Positions 63,698-64,000 of a stretch of 64,000 bases of DNA are shown here, piece after piece. The stretch comes from Octopus sinensis (lineage: Eukaryota): contig NC_042998.1 of assembly GCF_006345805.1 (NCBI RefSeq), positions 86,180,001 to 86,244,000 of the forward strand. Reading direction: 5' to 3'. Both the position numbers and the translations under genes were made by a program. The notes below the pieces were generated by a model, which did not search any database, was not told the DNA's origin, and saw nothing but the letters and a program-made list of their open reading frames with translations. How positions within the stretch are numbered: position 1 is the first letter of the stretch; each line of letters starts with the position of its first letter.

Positions 63698-64000
63698 GCA
63701 AGATAATGTTAATAATATGGAATGAACAGGATAACTTATCTATATTTTGCAGAAAAATCTGTTGGCGGCCAGCCATGAGACTTGAACTCACATCCCTGTG
63801 ATTATGCGTCAAGTGCTTTTAAAGTTAGATTTATTTATTCTAAATTTGGAGAAGAATTTGTTGTTCAGGCAGTTTAGCTTAATGGTAAAGCACTTGACAT
63901 GTAATCACAGGGATGTGAGTTCAAGTCTCATGGCTGGCTGCCGACAGATTTTTCTGCAAAATATGGATAGTTTATCCTGTTCATGCATTAGCATTATCCT
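63698..64000. mobile_element. Inverted pair of a second tRNA-headed element
   Basis: 63722-63819 is the reverse complement of 63887-63984. The right arm has the head TTTAGCTTAATGGTAAAGC...GAGTTCAAGTCTC. Confidence 0.75.

Overview
AT-rich, repeat-dominated eukaryotic DNA. The mix of RTE LINE tails ending in (GAT)n, tRNA-derived SINEs, Dong/R4 LINEs and microsatellites suggests an octopus (coleoid cephalopod) genome; this is inferred and no database was consulted. One host gene can be assembled by hand on the minus strand from four phase-compatible GT-AG exons (21860-21797, 15093-15040, 9686-9514, 7100-7068). They encode a signal peptide plus most of a first cadherin-like ectodomain repeat (MMYKMLSILFVNLLLMLSTVEA-ATSNLPQKIKVKENQQNGTVVVTV...IDREKVPNGYVGFTPEFT). 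I found no further coding exon, so the gene probably continues left of the window. Most of the rest is transposon-derived: about 19 RTE pieces, several Dong/R4 copies in (TAA)n or (TACA)n, an L1/Tx1 remnant, two Penelope-like elements, a Gypsy remnant, mariner, pogo, Chapaev3-like and Mutator-like DNA elements, and Helentron-type non-autonomous elements. The most unusual signals are: (i) a head-to-head palindrome of a tRNA-headed element carrying a decayed minimal hammerhead ribozyme (59920-60465), with a second tRNA-headed inverted pair at the window end; (ii) a GGG-terminal MITE family with 6-bp TSDs and telomere-like repeats, one copy of which is an 815-bp palindromic dimer; (iii) a PHD-type zinc finger inside the RTE reverse-transcriptase ORF; (iv) short perfect templated copies inside old decayed repeats. 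Boundaries of decayed elements are approximate.
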